A stretch of 64,000 nucleotides of DNA from Bacteroidota bacterium. GTDB lineage: Bacteria > Bacteroidota > Bacteroidia > JABEUT01. The notes below the pieces were generated by a model. It was not told where the DNA came from. It saw nothing but the letters and a program-made list of their open reading frames with translations, and made no database searches. The position numbers and the translations under genes are program-made. The stretch lies in assembly GCA_013285655.1 (NCBI GenBank), contig JABDHI010000004.1, positions 7,772 through 71,771 of the forward strand. Reading direction: 5' to 3'. This document shows positions 18,741-28,325 of this stretch, piece by piece. The first letter of the stretch is position 1. The number at the start of each line of letters is the position of its first letter.

Positions 18741-19372
18741 AAAATATACTTGTTAAAATTGGAATTTTTGAAGGGTTAAAGCGCGCGCACCTTGGTATGT
18801 TAACATTTAGAAATAATGTTAAATATGTATTAAGGTTTTGGAAATTTAAGTATAACCATAAGGAATATTTAAGCGGTTTTTTGTATTATTATTTATATAA
18901 AAGGAAATTTAAAAAGATTAATTACCCTCTCGTTAAATACGAAAGAGTATTTATTAGAAATAGGGAGTATATAGAATTCGGGAAGAATTTAACTATTGGA
19001 TATAATTGCTTTATTTCCCCAATTGAGCTTGTTGTTGGTGATAATTGCTGGTTGGGAGTTAATAATTTTATATGTGGTAAAATTAAAATAGGTAATAATG
19101 TATCATTAGGCCCCAATATTTCGCTGCCGGGATCAAGTCATGTTATTGATACCGATTTACCCTTAACAAAAAGTGGGTCGAGTATTATAGGCACAATTAT
19201 TGAAGACCATGTTTGGGTTGGAAGCAACGTTACTATTGTTGACGGTGTTAGAATTGGTAAAGGTGCAGTAGTTTCAGCTAATAGTATTGTCACAAAGGAT
19301 GTTCCTGCATATGCCGTTGTGGGTGGGGTTCCGGCTAAAATTTTGAAGTACAGGCCCGAAATAAGGGAATAA
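18722..19372 (+). CDS. left-handed beta-helix (hexapeptide-repeat) sugar O-acyltransferase
   Basis: Hexapeptide repeats: 'VGDNCWLGVNNFICGKIKIGNNVSLGPNISL' and 'VWVGSNVTIVDGVRIGKGAVVSANSIV...VVGGVPAKIL'. Confidence 0.8.
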   Translation: MVKKTVKNILVKIGIFEGLKRAHLGMLTFRNNVKYVLRFWKFKYNHKEYLSGFLYYYLYKRKFKKINYPLVKYERVFIRNREYIEFGKNLTIGYNCFISPIELVVGDNCWLGVNNFICGKIKIGNNVSLGPNISLPGSSHVIDTDLPLTKSGSSIIGTIIEDHVWVGSNVTIVDGVRIGKGAVVSANSIVTKDVPAYAVVGGVPAKILKYRPEIRE

Positions 19373-19417
19373 GCAGGTGAATATATTTTGCAAATATTAC
19401 CTGTTTTGGAAAAGGGT

Positions 19418-19425
19418 TATATTTG
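19418..19425 (+). promoter_or_regulatory. candidate internal -7 promoter box (TATATTTG)
   Basis: Exact TAnnTTTG match in the 92-bp gap before the 19465 gene. Confidence 0.3.
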
Positions 19426-19464
19426 TGTGTAATATTTATTTTTAACTATTTCTTTAACTGATCA

Positions 19465-20430
19465 ATGAAAAAAATTCTTGTATGTGGTGCCGGGGGATTT
19501 ATTGGAGGCCATTTAGTAAACCGGTTGAAAAGTGAAGGTTTTTGGGTTCGCGGTGTAGATATAAAACAAAATGAATTCGGTAATAATAACGCCGATGAAT
19601 TTATTTTGGGTGACCTAAGAGATACTGCTATAGTGGAGCGCTCTGTTGAGAAGATTGATGAAATTTATCAACTTGCGGCTGATATGGGAGGAGCTGGATA
19701 TATTTTTACAGGTGAAAATGATGCCAACGTGATGCATAATTCAGCGCTATGTAATATTAATATAGTGCAAGCTGCGGTAAAATCCGGAGTCAAAAAGATA
19801 TTTTATTCATCATCAGCTTGTATCTACCCGGAATATAACCAATTGGAACCCGGTAACCCAAAATGCAATGAAAGCTCGGTTTACCCTGCTGCCCCGGATA
19901 GTGAATATGGGTGGGAAAAACTATTTAGTGAAAGGCTTTATTTTGCTTACTCTCGTAATTACGGTATAGAGGTTCGTGTAGCCAGGTTTCATAATATATT
20001 CGGGCCACAAGGTACATGGACAGGCGGGAAAGAGAAAGTGCCTGCAGCTATGTGTCGTAAAATTAGTGAAGTGCCGGATGGTGGCTTGATTGAAGTTTGG
20101 GGGGATGGAAAACAAACTCGTTCATTTTTATATATTGACGAATGTATTGAAGGAGTTCGACGCTTTATGGATTCTGATTTTAGCGGCCCTGTAAATATTG
20201 GGTCTGATGAGATGATTGCTATTAACGATTTTGCTCAAATGGTTATTGCTATTAGTGGCAAAAAAATAAAAATAAAAAATATTCAGGGCCCTACTGGAGT
20301 TCGTGGACGAAATTCAGATAATCACCTTATAAAAGAAAAACTGAATTGGGCTCCGTCTCAACCATTAAGAGCAGGTATGGAAAAAACATACTATTGGATA
20401 GATAAACAAGTGGCTCAACACAAAAAATGA
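19465..20430 (+). CDS. GDP-mannose 3,5-epimerase-like NAD-dependent epimerase (extended SDR)
   Basis: 321 aa. Long motif strings match my recollection of plant GME: 'GAGGFIGGHL', 'AADMGG', 'SSACIYPE', 'RFHNIFGPQGTWTGGKEKVPAAMCRK', 'WGDGKQTRSFLYIDECIEG', 'PVNIGSDEM' and 'GVRGRNSDNHLIKEKLNWAP'. Confidence 0.65.
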   Translation: MKKILVCGAGGFIGGHLVNRLKSEGFWVRGVDIKQNEFGNNNADEFILGDLRDTAIVERSVEKIDEIYQLAADMGGAGYIFTGENDANVMHNSALCNINIVQAAVKSGVKKIFYSSSACIYPEYNQLEPGNPKCNESSVYPAAPDSEYGWEKLFSERLYFAYSRNYGIEVRVARFHNIFGPQGTWTGGKEKVPAAMCRKISEVPDGGLIEVWGDGKQTRSFLYIDECIEGVRRFMDSDFSGPVNIGSDEMIAINDFAQMVIAISGKKIKIKNIQGPTGVRGRNSDNHLIKEKLNWAPSQPLRAGMEKTYYWIDKQVAQHKK

Positions 20431-20457
20431 GGCTAGAAGCTGTGTCTATATATTACT

Positions 20458-21327
20458 ATGATCATTGTTAAAATAGAAGGCGGATTAGGTAATCAATTGT
20501 TTCAATATGCATTAGGACGGCATCTTGCAATAAAGCATAAAACCTGTCTCAAGTTTGATATTTCAGAGTTTGATAACAAGAAACATCTTGTTGTGAGAAC
20601 TTTCGAGCTTCCTAAGTTTAAGGTTAATATTGATATTGCCAGACAAGAGGATATTAATAGGGCCCAAAATCATTCACCAAAAGGTAGGTTAATGGAATGG
20701 ATATATGGACTATTTTCTAATGAAGTAAAGATTAAAAAAGAACCTGTATATAATTTTGCACCGGCTGTATTAAAATACCCTGATAATATATATTTAATTG
20801 GGTATTGGCAAAGCGAAAAGTATTTTGAAGGAATTGAGAAAACGTTAAGGATGGACCTTAAGTTTTCTAATGAATTAAGCGCTGAACAGAAGAAATTGCA
20901 TGATAAAATTAACGATTGTAATGCAGTTTCAATGCATGTTCGTAGGGGTGACTTTGTGTATAATCCAAATGACCCGCATACAATTTGCTCGGTTGATTAT
21001 TATAAGAACGCTGTAGAGGTAATTTCTAAAAAAATTAAAAACCCTGTTTTTTTTGTGTTTTCAGATGGCATTGAGTGGACCAAGAAAAATATTGATATCC
21101 CTTATGAACATTATTATGTAAGCGGTAATGAGGCTTGGGTTGATTTGAAGCTAATGTCGAGCTGTAAGCATAATATAATTGCGAATAGCTCATTTAGTTG
21201 GTGGGGAGCGTATTTAAATAATTATAAACAAAAGGTCGTTATTTGTCCTGCTGTTTGGTATAAAGAGAACAATGACTTTTTAGTATCTGACTTAATACCT
21301 GAGAAGTGGAACAGGTTATTAAACTAA
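20458..21327 (+). CDS. glycosyltransferase family 11 (alpha-1,2-fucosyltransferase-like)
   Basis: 'GGLGNQLFQYALGRHLA', 'HVRRGDF' and 'ANSSFSWWGAYL' are the hallmark GT11 motifs. Confidence 0.85.
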   Translation: MIIVKIEGGLGNQLFQYALGRHLAIKHKTCLKFDISEFDNKKHLVVRTFELPKFKVNIDIARQEDINRAQNHSPKGRLMEWIYGLFSNEVKIKKEPVYNFAPAVLKYPDNIYLIGYWQSEKYFEGIEKTLRMDLKFSNELSAEQKKLHDKINDCNAVSMHVRRGDFVYNPNDPHTICSVDYYKNAVEVISKKIKNPVFFVFSDGIEWTKKNIDIPYEHYYVSGNEAWVDLKLMSSCKHNIIANSSFSWWGAYLNNYKQKVVICPAVWYKENNDFLVSDLIPEKWNRLLN

Positions 21328-21394
21328 CTCTTAAGAAGCGGCTTTAAAAAGATAAAACTCAATAATATGAATAAAGTAGTATTTTTATAAGTAA

Positions 21395-22390
21395 ATGAAC
21401 AAGCTGTTTTTAAGCATATTGCGTTGTCCAGTTTCTAAGGAGGAGTTATTTCTTGATGTCACAAAGGAAAAAGAGAATGGATGTGTTGAAGAGGGTGTTT
21501 TGTATACCCATGGTAAAAAATATACATACCCAATCATAAGAGGTATTCCGAGGTTTGTGAAAAGCGATTCATATACTAAAAGTTTTAGTAAAGAGTGGGC
21601 AAAATGGGCGAATGTTCAATACGAAAATGAAAATGTCAATTCTCCGATGCACAATCATACTAAAAGCATGTTCGAGAAAATAACATTGCTTGATGACGAT
21701 GCGTTTAAAGGTAAATTGACAGTGGAGTTTGGATGTGGAGGCGGTAGGTTTATTGATGTAGTGCGGAAAAAAGGTGGAATAAGTATTGGAATAGATTTAA
21801 GTACCGCTGTTGAGCAGGCTGGTCATAATTTTAAAGACGATGAGAATGTGCTTATTGTGCAGGGAGATATTTTAAATGCACCATTTAAAGATGGTTCATT
21901 TGATATTGGATATACCATGGGTGTTTTGCATCATACCCCTGAACCATACAAGGGTTTTGTTGAATTAGCCAGGATATTAAAGAAACAGGCTGTTTTAATT
22001 TGCTGTGTTTACCCTAAAAACTCTTACTACGACTTTCGCTCAGTGGATAGGGTGAGAAAGTCTATTAATAAAACAGAGTTTTTGTTTGGAAATAAACTTG
22101 CCTTATTATATGCTCATTTTTCTGCCCGAATATTATATCCTTTATTACCTCGGATATCTAAGATTTCAGAAAAGTCAAAAAAAATGGTAAGATATGTGGA
22201 GGAAAACTTTCTTCCAGTTTTATATATACCTGATGTAAAGTGGAGGGTATTGGATGTGTATGATTCCATAACACCTAAATATGCCTCTACCCATTCAAAA
22301 GCTGAAATTACCTCATGGTTTACCAAGCAAGGGTTTACCAATATACAAAAGACAAATTGGGGAGATTCGGCGTTTAAGGGAATAAAATAA
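21395..22390 (+). CDS. class I SAM-dependent methyltransferase with Trm112-like N-terminal segment
   Basis: 'LRCPVSKEEL' N-terminal motif and SAM motif I 'VEFGCGGGRF'. Confidence 0.7.
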   Translation: MNKLFLSILRCPVSKEELFLDVTKEKENGCVEEGVLYTHGKKYTYPIIRGIPRFVKSDSYTKSFSKEWAKWANVQYENENVNSPMHNHTKSMFEKITLLDDDAFKGKLTVEFGCGGGRFIDVVRKKGGISIGIDLSTAVEQAGHNFKDDENVLIVQGDILNAPFKDGSFDIGYTMGVLHHTPEPYKGFVELARILKKQAVLICCVYPKNSYYDFRSVDRVRKSINKTEFLFGNKLALLYAHFSARILYPLLPRISKISEKSKKMVRYVEENFLPVLYIPDVKWRVLDVYDSITPKYASTHSKAEITSWFTKQGFTNIQKTNWGDSAFKGIK

Positions 22391-22437
22391 ATTCAGGTGA
22401 TAAATAACCAAGGTCTTTAATTTATTACCTTTAAGTT

Positions 22438-24264
22438 ATGTGCGGTATTACCGGTATAGTTAGTTCGAATGTTTTAAGGTTAGAAACGAACCTTAAAGCT
22501 ATGATGCAAGCAATTAAGCACCGTGGGCCAGATAGTTCAAATCATCATCTTTTTGAGAATTGTGCCTTAGGGCACCTCAGGTTAAGTATTATCGATCTCA
22601 AAACGGGCGACCAACCTATGTTTTCTAATTCGGAAAAAAACGCCATTGTTTTTAACGGTGAGATGTATGGATTTCAGGATATAAAAAACACAATCAAGAA
22701 CTACCAATTTAGAACAACTTCAGATACGGAAGTTATATTAGCCTTGTATGAGAAATATGGTGAAAATTTTGTAAGCAAGCTACCAGGTATGTTCTCTTTT
22801 GCTATTTGGAACGATAAAGAGCAAGCACTTATTTGTGCACGTGATAGGTTTGGTGAAAAACCTTTTTATTACGCAATTGGCGAAAACGGCGAGTTTTTAT
22901 TCGGGTCTGAGATTAAAGCCCTGCTTGCATCAAGGCTAATAAAGCCTGTTCTTAATTATAGCGCTGTGGCTCATTACATGAAGCATTTATATGTAAGTCC
23001 ACGCCAAACTATATACAGTAACATAAATATATTGCCGCCTGCTCATCAACTAACCTATAAAAATGGCAAGGTTAGTATAAAGAAATACTGGCATTTACCA
23101 TCTTCTGATTTTTCTGTAAATAGTAGTGAAGCTACCGAAGAGCTAAAGAGACTGTTTATGAAATCTGTAAATCAGCAACTGGTTGCAGACGTGCCTGTTG
23201 GCGTTTTTTTAAGTGGCGGTCTTGACTCAAGTACTGTGCTGGCCACTGCAAGTCAATTTAAAAGGAATATTCAAACATTTTCTCTGGGTTTTGAAAAGGG
23301 AGTTGATGAATTACCGTTTGCTAAAATAATGGCCGAAAAGTATGGTACTTGCCATAATGTGCTTGAAGATAAAAAAGAAGATATAGCTGAATTGTTATTG
23401 CAAATGCAATCAATATACGATGAGCCGTTTGCTGACTCTTCTAATATACCTACTTATTTAATTTCAAAATTTGCGGCTAAAGAACTGAAAGTTGTATTGA
23501 CTGGAGATGGGGGCGATGAGTTATTAGCAGGTTATAGTTGGTATCATCAACTTTTAAAAATGCAAACACCCCATAAATCTCAGTTAAGGCGTACTTACCT
23601 GTCGGCAATAAAGAACGGTTTAGGTAAAATAAATAAACGTATTGAAAGCCATTATGCAGATGAGATTAAGTTATCTGGTATGGTAGACGATGGTACTTAT
23701 ATTGCAAATGAGCACCTTAACCAGAATGTTTATTTTTCAAATAAAGAAATAAGAGACCTTGGGTTAAAAGGGGTTTCGGAGCCTTTGTTTGATATTTCGA
23801 TGTATAATAGTAATAGTTTAGATGATGCTTTACGAATGGATCTAGAGGATTATATGCCAGGTGATATTTTAGTTAAAACAGACAGGGCTTCAATGGCGAA
23901 TGGATTGGAGCTTCGTTCCCCTTTTTTAGATGTTGATTTTGCTTCATTTTGCATTAGCTTACCATATACATTAAAAATTAATAATAGTTCTGATAAGATA
24001 ATCCTTAAAAAAGCATTTGATGATTTGTTGCCACAGCAAATTAAAACACGTACTAAGCAAGGATTTGGGGCTCCCGTAGAACATTGGCTGAAAATAGAAA
24101 GTGTTAATGCACTTAAGCATAAATATTTAGGTGACAAGAAACAGAAAATATTTCAAGTGCTTTCATTTGATGGTATTCAGGAATATATTAAAAGGGATAA
24201 TTATAAGACCTGGATCCTTTTGATTTTGGCTATCTGGATGGATAAATACACGTTTGAATTTTAA
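22438..24264 (+). CDS. asparagine synthase (glutamine-hydrolysing)-family amidotransferase (AsnB/WbpS-like)
   Basis: N-terminal nucleophile 'MCGITG', 'HRGPD', and the PP-loop 'FLSGGLDSS'. 608 aa. Confidence 0.85.
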   Translation: MCGITGIVSSNVLRLETNLKAMMQAIKHRGPDSSNHHLFENCALGHLRLSIIDLKTGDQPMFSNSEKNAIVFNGEMYGFQDIKNTIKNYQFRTTSDTEVILALYEKYGENFVSKLPGMFSFAIWNDKEQALICARDRFGEKPFYYAIGENGEFLFGSEIKALLASRLIKPVLNYSAVAHYMKHLYVSPRQTIYSNINILPPAHQLTYKNGKVSIKKYWHLPSSDFSVNSSEATEELKRLFMKSVNQQLVADVPVGVFLSGGLDSSTVLATASQFKRNIQTFSLGFEKGVDELPFAKIMAEKYGTCHNVLEDKKEDIAELLLQMQSIYDEPFADSSNIPTYLISKFAAKELKVVLTGDGGDELLAGYSWYHQLLKMQTPHKSQLRRTYLSAIKNGLGKINKRIESHYADEIKLSGMVDDGTYIANEHLNQNVYFSNKEIRDLGLKGVSEPLFDISMYNSNSLDDALRMDLEDYMPGDILVKTDRASMANGLELRSPFLDVDFASFCISLPYTLKINNSSDKIILKKAFDDLLPQQIKTRTKQGFGAPVEHWLKIESVNALKHKYLGDKKQKIFQVLSFDGIQEYIKRDNYKTWILLILAIWMDKYTFEF

Positions 24265-24269
24265 TAAGG

Positions 24270-25307
24270 ATGCCTGCTGTTTCTGTAATAATGAGCGTGT
24301 ATAATGGTGAAGCCTATTTAAGGGAAGCCATTGATAGTATATTGAATCAAACCTTTACTGATTTTGAATTTCTTATAATTGACGATACCTCGACTGATGG
24401 TTCAGCTGAGATAACTAAGTCATATAACGACGATAGAATAAAACTAGTAATAAATACTGAGAACATTGGCCTTACTAGGTCATTAAATAAGGGTATTGAT
24501 TTAGCTAAGGGCAGATATATTGCACGCATGGATGCAGATGATATTTCAGTCGATAATAGAATTAAGCTTCAGTTTGAGTATATGGAAGCTAATAAGGATA
24601 TTATGGTTTTAGGCGGCTATTATAAGTTCATTTCGAATGGGAAAATTTCAACTGAATTGCCTTTGAAATATAATGAAGTGAAACTGTTTGCTCTTACCCA
24701 ATGCCCCATAGCGCACCCTACGGCATTTATAAAAAAAACTGTTTTTTATGAATATGCTTTTAGGTATGACACTTCTTTCGCATTTGCGCAAGACTACGAT
24801 CTGTGGACCCGGATACTTGAATTGGGTAAAATTGAAAACTTGCCCGAAGTTTTATTGCATTACAGAACCCATCAGGGACAGGTTTCAAGCACTCAAAATG
24901 CAAAACAAACTGAATACTCAAACAAAATAAGACTAAGGCAATTAGAGAAGCTTATAAGTTTTGATGGTAAGTTATATACTACTGATTTTGCGGTTAGGGC
25001 TTTAGTTAAATATGGCTGGGATGAAATTACTTCTGATAATATGGTGAAAGTTAGTTTACTTTTGCAAGATATTTGGAAGGCTAATAAAGTGGAGAAAATA
25101 TATAATGATGCATTGCTCCTTGAATTTTTGAAAAGCACCAAGGCTTACTATATGAATAGGTTAAAGGAATATAAACTTGGTAATCTTATGCCTATATTGG
25201 ATAATCCGGATAAAACACAGTCACGGAATTGGGTCTTTGCTTTTGGTTTTATTGTCAGGTCTATTTGGGGGCTAAAGACACGCCTTAAAAGGGCAGTGAG
25301 AGATTAG
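24270..25307 (+). CDS. glycosyltransferase family 2
   Basis: 'VSVIMSVYNGEAYLREAIDSILNQTFTDFEFLIIDDTSTDGS' and 'RMDADD'. Confidence 0.85.
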   Translation: MPAVSVIMSVYNGEAYLREAIDSILNQTFTDFEFLIIDDTSTDGSAEITKSYNDDRIKLVINTENIGLTRSLNKGIDLAKGRYIARMDADDISVDNRIKLQFEYMEANKDIMVLGGYYKFISNGKISTELPLKYNEVKLFALTQCPIAHPTAFIKKTVFYEYAFRYDTSFAFAQDYDLWTRILELGKIENLPEVLLHYRTHQGQVSSTQNAKQTEYSNKIRLRQLEKLISFDGKLYTTDFAVRALVKYGWDEITSDNMVKVSLLLQDIWKANKVEKIYNDALLLEFLKSTKAYYMNRLKEYKLGNLMPILDNPDKTQSRNWVFAFGFIVRSIWGLKTRLKRAVRD

Positions 25308-25313
25308 TGGAGG

Positions 25314-26480
25314 TTAATTAAAGGTATAATACTTCATCAGTTTCCTCTTAAAGGCCTCAGTACCATAATCAGCCACTATATGTTGGGCTATTTTTTGCTT
25401 ATCAAACTTTAATTCGCCTTTTATACATTTTTCAGTAAAGTCAAACATGGCATTGTAGTCTCTAAGGTGAATTACTTTACCATTAAATTCAGTTATCAAT
25501 TCATCTACACCGCCACATTGGGTGGTACAAACCGGTATACCACTTGCCAATGCTTCCATAACAGCCAGAGGCATACCCTCAGAGATAGATGAAAAAACAA
25601 ACAGATCAGCTTCTCCAAGCATATTTACCAGCTCTTGGCGTGCAACAGGTGGCACCAATGTTACTTTAACGTTTTTTAGCCCTAATGTGTCAACCTTCTT
25701 TTTTAAGGTGTTGGTCATGTCACCACCCCAGCGGTTATAGCCGGCATATACAAACTCAATGCTTCTATCGTATTGTTTTGTATCAAGCAGCTTAAGCATT
25801 TCAAAGATTGTGTTTTGATCTTTAAGGTGGTGGTAAGCTCCTATGGTCATTATTTTGAAAACTGAACTTTCTTTCTTTTCTTTTGGAAAATAAACCCGCT
25901 CATCAACAAGATTCCCAATAAAATTAAAATTGAATCTAAAGCCAAGATTAAGTAATTGCCTTCCTTTATCATGGCTTGGGGTAAGAATTGTTTTGGCTTT
26001 ATTCAATACCTGTTGTGCTTTGTCTATCCTACTTTTTGAGATTTCTCTTAACGTAACCTGATTGTTTTCTGTGTATAGATATGGTGTACCAAAGGCTGTA
26101 TGTAAATCATACGCCCAAAAAGCGCCATAAAACATACAGTGTGCATGAATGAAAATGTCTTTTTGAGTTGATAAGTTCAACTCACTGTCTAATTTATTAA
26201 GAGTCTTTTTTCTAAGGTATTTGTTTACGCGTTTAGGCATAAACCAATATTGAAGGTAAGTAGCTGATAGAATAGGGAACTTATCGTTAAGCAACCTTTT
26301 GTTTAGTTGTATCGGATTAAAGAAATCGAGGACAGATCTTACCCCAACCTGCTTTGGCTCGAAGCTAATAAATGTAATATTAAACTCTTCGCTTACTACT
26401 TTAGACTGGTCTATTACAAAAGCTGGAATCCTGCCATCTGGTGGCATTACCCATGACGTTATAACTAACATTCTTTTCAT
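25314..26480 (-). CDS. glycosyltransferase family 4 (GT-B)
   Basis: C-terminal 'SSISEGMPLAVMEALASGIPVCTTQCGGVDELI', an EX7E-type region. Confidence 0.8.
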   Translation of the reverse strand: MKRMLVITSWVMPPDGRIPAFVIDQSKVVSEEFNITFISFEPKQVGVRSVLDFFNPIQLNKRLLNDKFPILSATYLQYWFMPKRVNKYLRKKTLNKLDSELNLSTQKDIFIHAHCMFYGAFWAYDLHTAFGTPYLYTENNQVTLREISKSRIDKAQQVLNKAKTILTPSHDKGRQLLNLGFRFNFNFIGNLVDERVYFPKEKKESSVFKIMTIGAYHHLKDQNTIFEMLKLLDTKQYDRSIEFVYAGYNRWGGDMTNTLKKKVDTLGLKNVKVTLVPPVARQELVNMLGEADLFVFSSISEGMPLAVMEALASGIPVCTTQCGGVDELITEFNGKVIHLRDYNAMFDFTEKCIKGELKFDKQKIAQHIVADYGTEAFKRKLMKYYTFN

Positions 26481-26536
26481 TACATCAAATATATTGGTCG
26501 TTCGAAAATACTCAAATATCCTTGGAGAGCGTGGCC

Positions 26537-27511
26537 CTAGATATTATAGGTGTCCGGTTTATATTTGTCAGAGTTCTTTTTAAACCATTCTATTGTTTCA
26601 GATAATCCTGAATTCAAGTCGTAAGAAGGCTTCCATTCGGTGTTCTTTACAATCTTGTCATTACTGCAAAACAACCTTTCAACTTCGCTTCCCGAAGGGC
26701 GTACACGTTGTTTGTCTTCCTTTATAGCCACCTTCTTATCCATTAGCTTGGCTATTAGTTTCGCAAGGTCGCCAATGCTTATTTCATCCTGCATGCCTAT
26801 ATTGGTAACAGTGCCGTTTAAAGATTTAAACTTCGATATCTCCAGAAAGCCCTTAATGGTGTCTTTTACATAGGTTAAATCTCGAGTAGGAGTGGTGCTG
26901 CCAAGTTGTATGCTTTCAGTGCCTTGCATCAACTGAGTAATTATGGTTGGTATAATTGCCCTTGCCGATTGACGTGGGCCATACGTATTAAATGGCCTTA
27001 CTATTTTAACCGGTAGATTGAAAGAACGGAAATAGCTTATTGCTAACTGATCGGCACCAATTTTAGATGCTGAGTAGGGTGATTGTCCAACCAGAGGATG
27101 TTTTTCATCTATAGGTACATATTGAGCCGTACCATACGTTTCGCTGGTTGAGGTTATAATTACATTCGAAAGGTTCAGTTTCCTGGCCGATTCCAACACA
27201 TTATAGGTGCCCTCAATATTAGTTCTGATATAAGCCAGTGGAGATACATAAGAATATGGTATACCTATTAATGCTGCCAGGTGAAAAACCTCATCGCAGC
27301 CTTCCATTGCGTTTGATACGGAATCAAAATCGCGTATATCACGGGTAATAACTTCAATATCTTTTTTATAAGGTGAGTATTCAAGCCAACCCCAGTTATT
27401 AGTTGAATTGTAACGCAGGAAAGCCTTTACTTTATATCCTTTCTCTACACAATATTCGGTAAGATGTGATCCTATAAATCCGCCGGCACCGGTAATCAAT
27501 ATCTTTTTCAT
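26537..27511 (-). CDS. extended-SDR NAD-dependent sugar epimerase/dehydratase/decarboxylase
   Basis: 'ILITGAGGFIGSHL', 'TSTSETYG' (S-E as in UXS/ArnA-type enzymes rather than the D-E of RmlB) and 'YSASKIGAD'. Exact chemistry not assignable. Confidence 0.7.
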   Translation of the reverse strand: MKKILITGAGGFIGSHLTEYCVEKGYKVKAFLRYNSTNNWGWLEYSPYKKDIEVITRDIRDFDSVSNAMEGCDEVFHLAALIGIPYSYVSPLAYIRTNIEGTYNVLESARKLNLSNVIITSTSETYGTAQYVPIDEKHPLVGQSPYSASKIGADQLAISYFRSFNLPVKIVRPFNTYGPRQSARAIIPTIITQLMQGTESIQLGSTTPTRDLTYVKDTIKGFLEISKFKSLNGTVTNIGMQDEISIGDLAKLIAKLMDKKVAIKEDKQRVRPSGSEVERLFCSNDKIVKNTEWKPSYDLNSGLSETIEWFKKNSDKYKPDTYNI

Positions 27512-27528
27512 CGATGGTATTATTCGCT

Positions 27529-28221
27529 TTACTTAAAGTGGGTATGATATATTTCCTGCGCTTTGGTGTAGTCTTCAATTTTACCAATATCAAGCCAATA
27601 TTCTTCTATCTCGTACTTGGTAATAGGAACATGTTTTGCCAACAGATCACGTATAAGCAAGTCCATACCGAAAAATGTGTCATGTGGTATATAATCGAAT
27701 ACCGCAGGGGTCATTACATAAATACCTGCGAGGGCATAAGTAATAATATCAGGCTTTTCTTCTATTTTTGTTACTAGGTCTCCATCAAAGAAAATATTGC
27801 CAAATGCATAAGGCGTTATTATCTTTTTAATGGTAATGGTAAGCGGATTGTTCTTTTTTGTGGCAAAGTCATAAAGCTTGCTAAAGTCTATCAGGCTCAG
27901 TATATCACCATTCATTACTACAAATGGCTCTGTAAGCTGATCTTTAAGCAATGTTAAAGGGCCTGCTGTGCCCAACGGTTTTTCTTCCCTGCTAATGGCA
28001 AGCTTAATGCCGTATCTCGATCCGTCTCCAAAGAAATTCTCTACGTAATCGCTTTTATAGTTAGTAGCCAGGAAAATTTCGTCAAACCCATGCTTTTTAA
28101 GGCGCTCCATCTGAATTTCCATAACGGCTTTTTCTCCAATTGGCAGCAAGGGCTTGGGTATAATTTCTGTAAAAGGTTTTAACCTTGAACCTAAACCACC
28201 TGCCAGTATTATAGCTTTCAT
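27529..28221 (-). CDS. sugar-phosphate nucleotidyltransferase
   Basis: 'MKAIILAGGLGSRLKPFTEIIPKPLLPIG' is the canonical NTP-transferase N-terminus. 230 aa. Confidence 0.8.
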   Translation of the reverse strand: MKAIILAGGLGSRLKPFTEIIPKPLLPIGEKAVMEIQMERLKKHGFDEIFLATNYKSDYVENFFGDGSRYGIKLAISREEKPLGTAGPLTLLKDQLTEPFVVMNGDILSLIDFSKLYDFATKKNNPLTITIKKIITPYAFGNIFFDGDLVTKIEEKPDIITYALAGIYVMTPAVFDYIPHDTFFGMDLLIRDLLAKHVPITKYEIEEYWLDIGKIEDYTKAQEIYHTHFK

Positions 28222-28246
28222 TTAAAGCGCTTTAATTTATAGTATA

Positions 28247-28254
28247 CAAATCTA
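28247..28254 (-). promoter_or_regulatory. candidate -7 promoter box (TAGATTTG) for the nucleotidyltransferase-SDR-GT4 unit
   Basis: Reverse complement of 'caaatcta' is TAGATTTG, which matches TAnnTTTG. It lies about 25 nt upstream of the ATG at 28221. Confidence 0.35.
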
Positions 28255-28325
28255 ATGGCTTTCGAGCAATAATTTACGAATTGTTTTTATAGTTAATCAA
28301 CAACCCAAATTGAAGCAGGGCGTAA

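Noticed and set aside
27514-27777. 87-aa plus-strand ORF
   Set aside because: It is antisense to the 3' end of the nucleotidyltransferase gene. No motifs.
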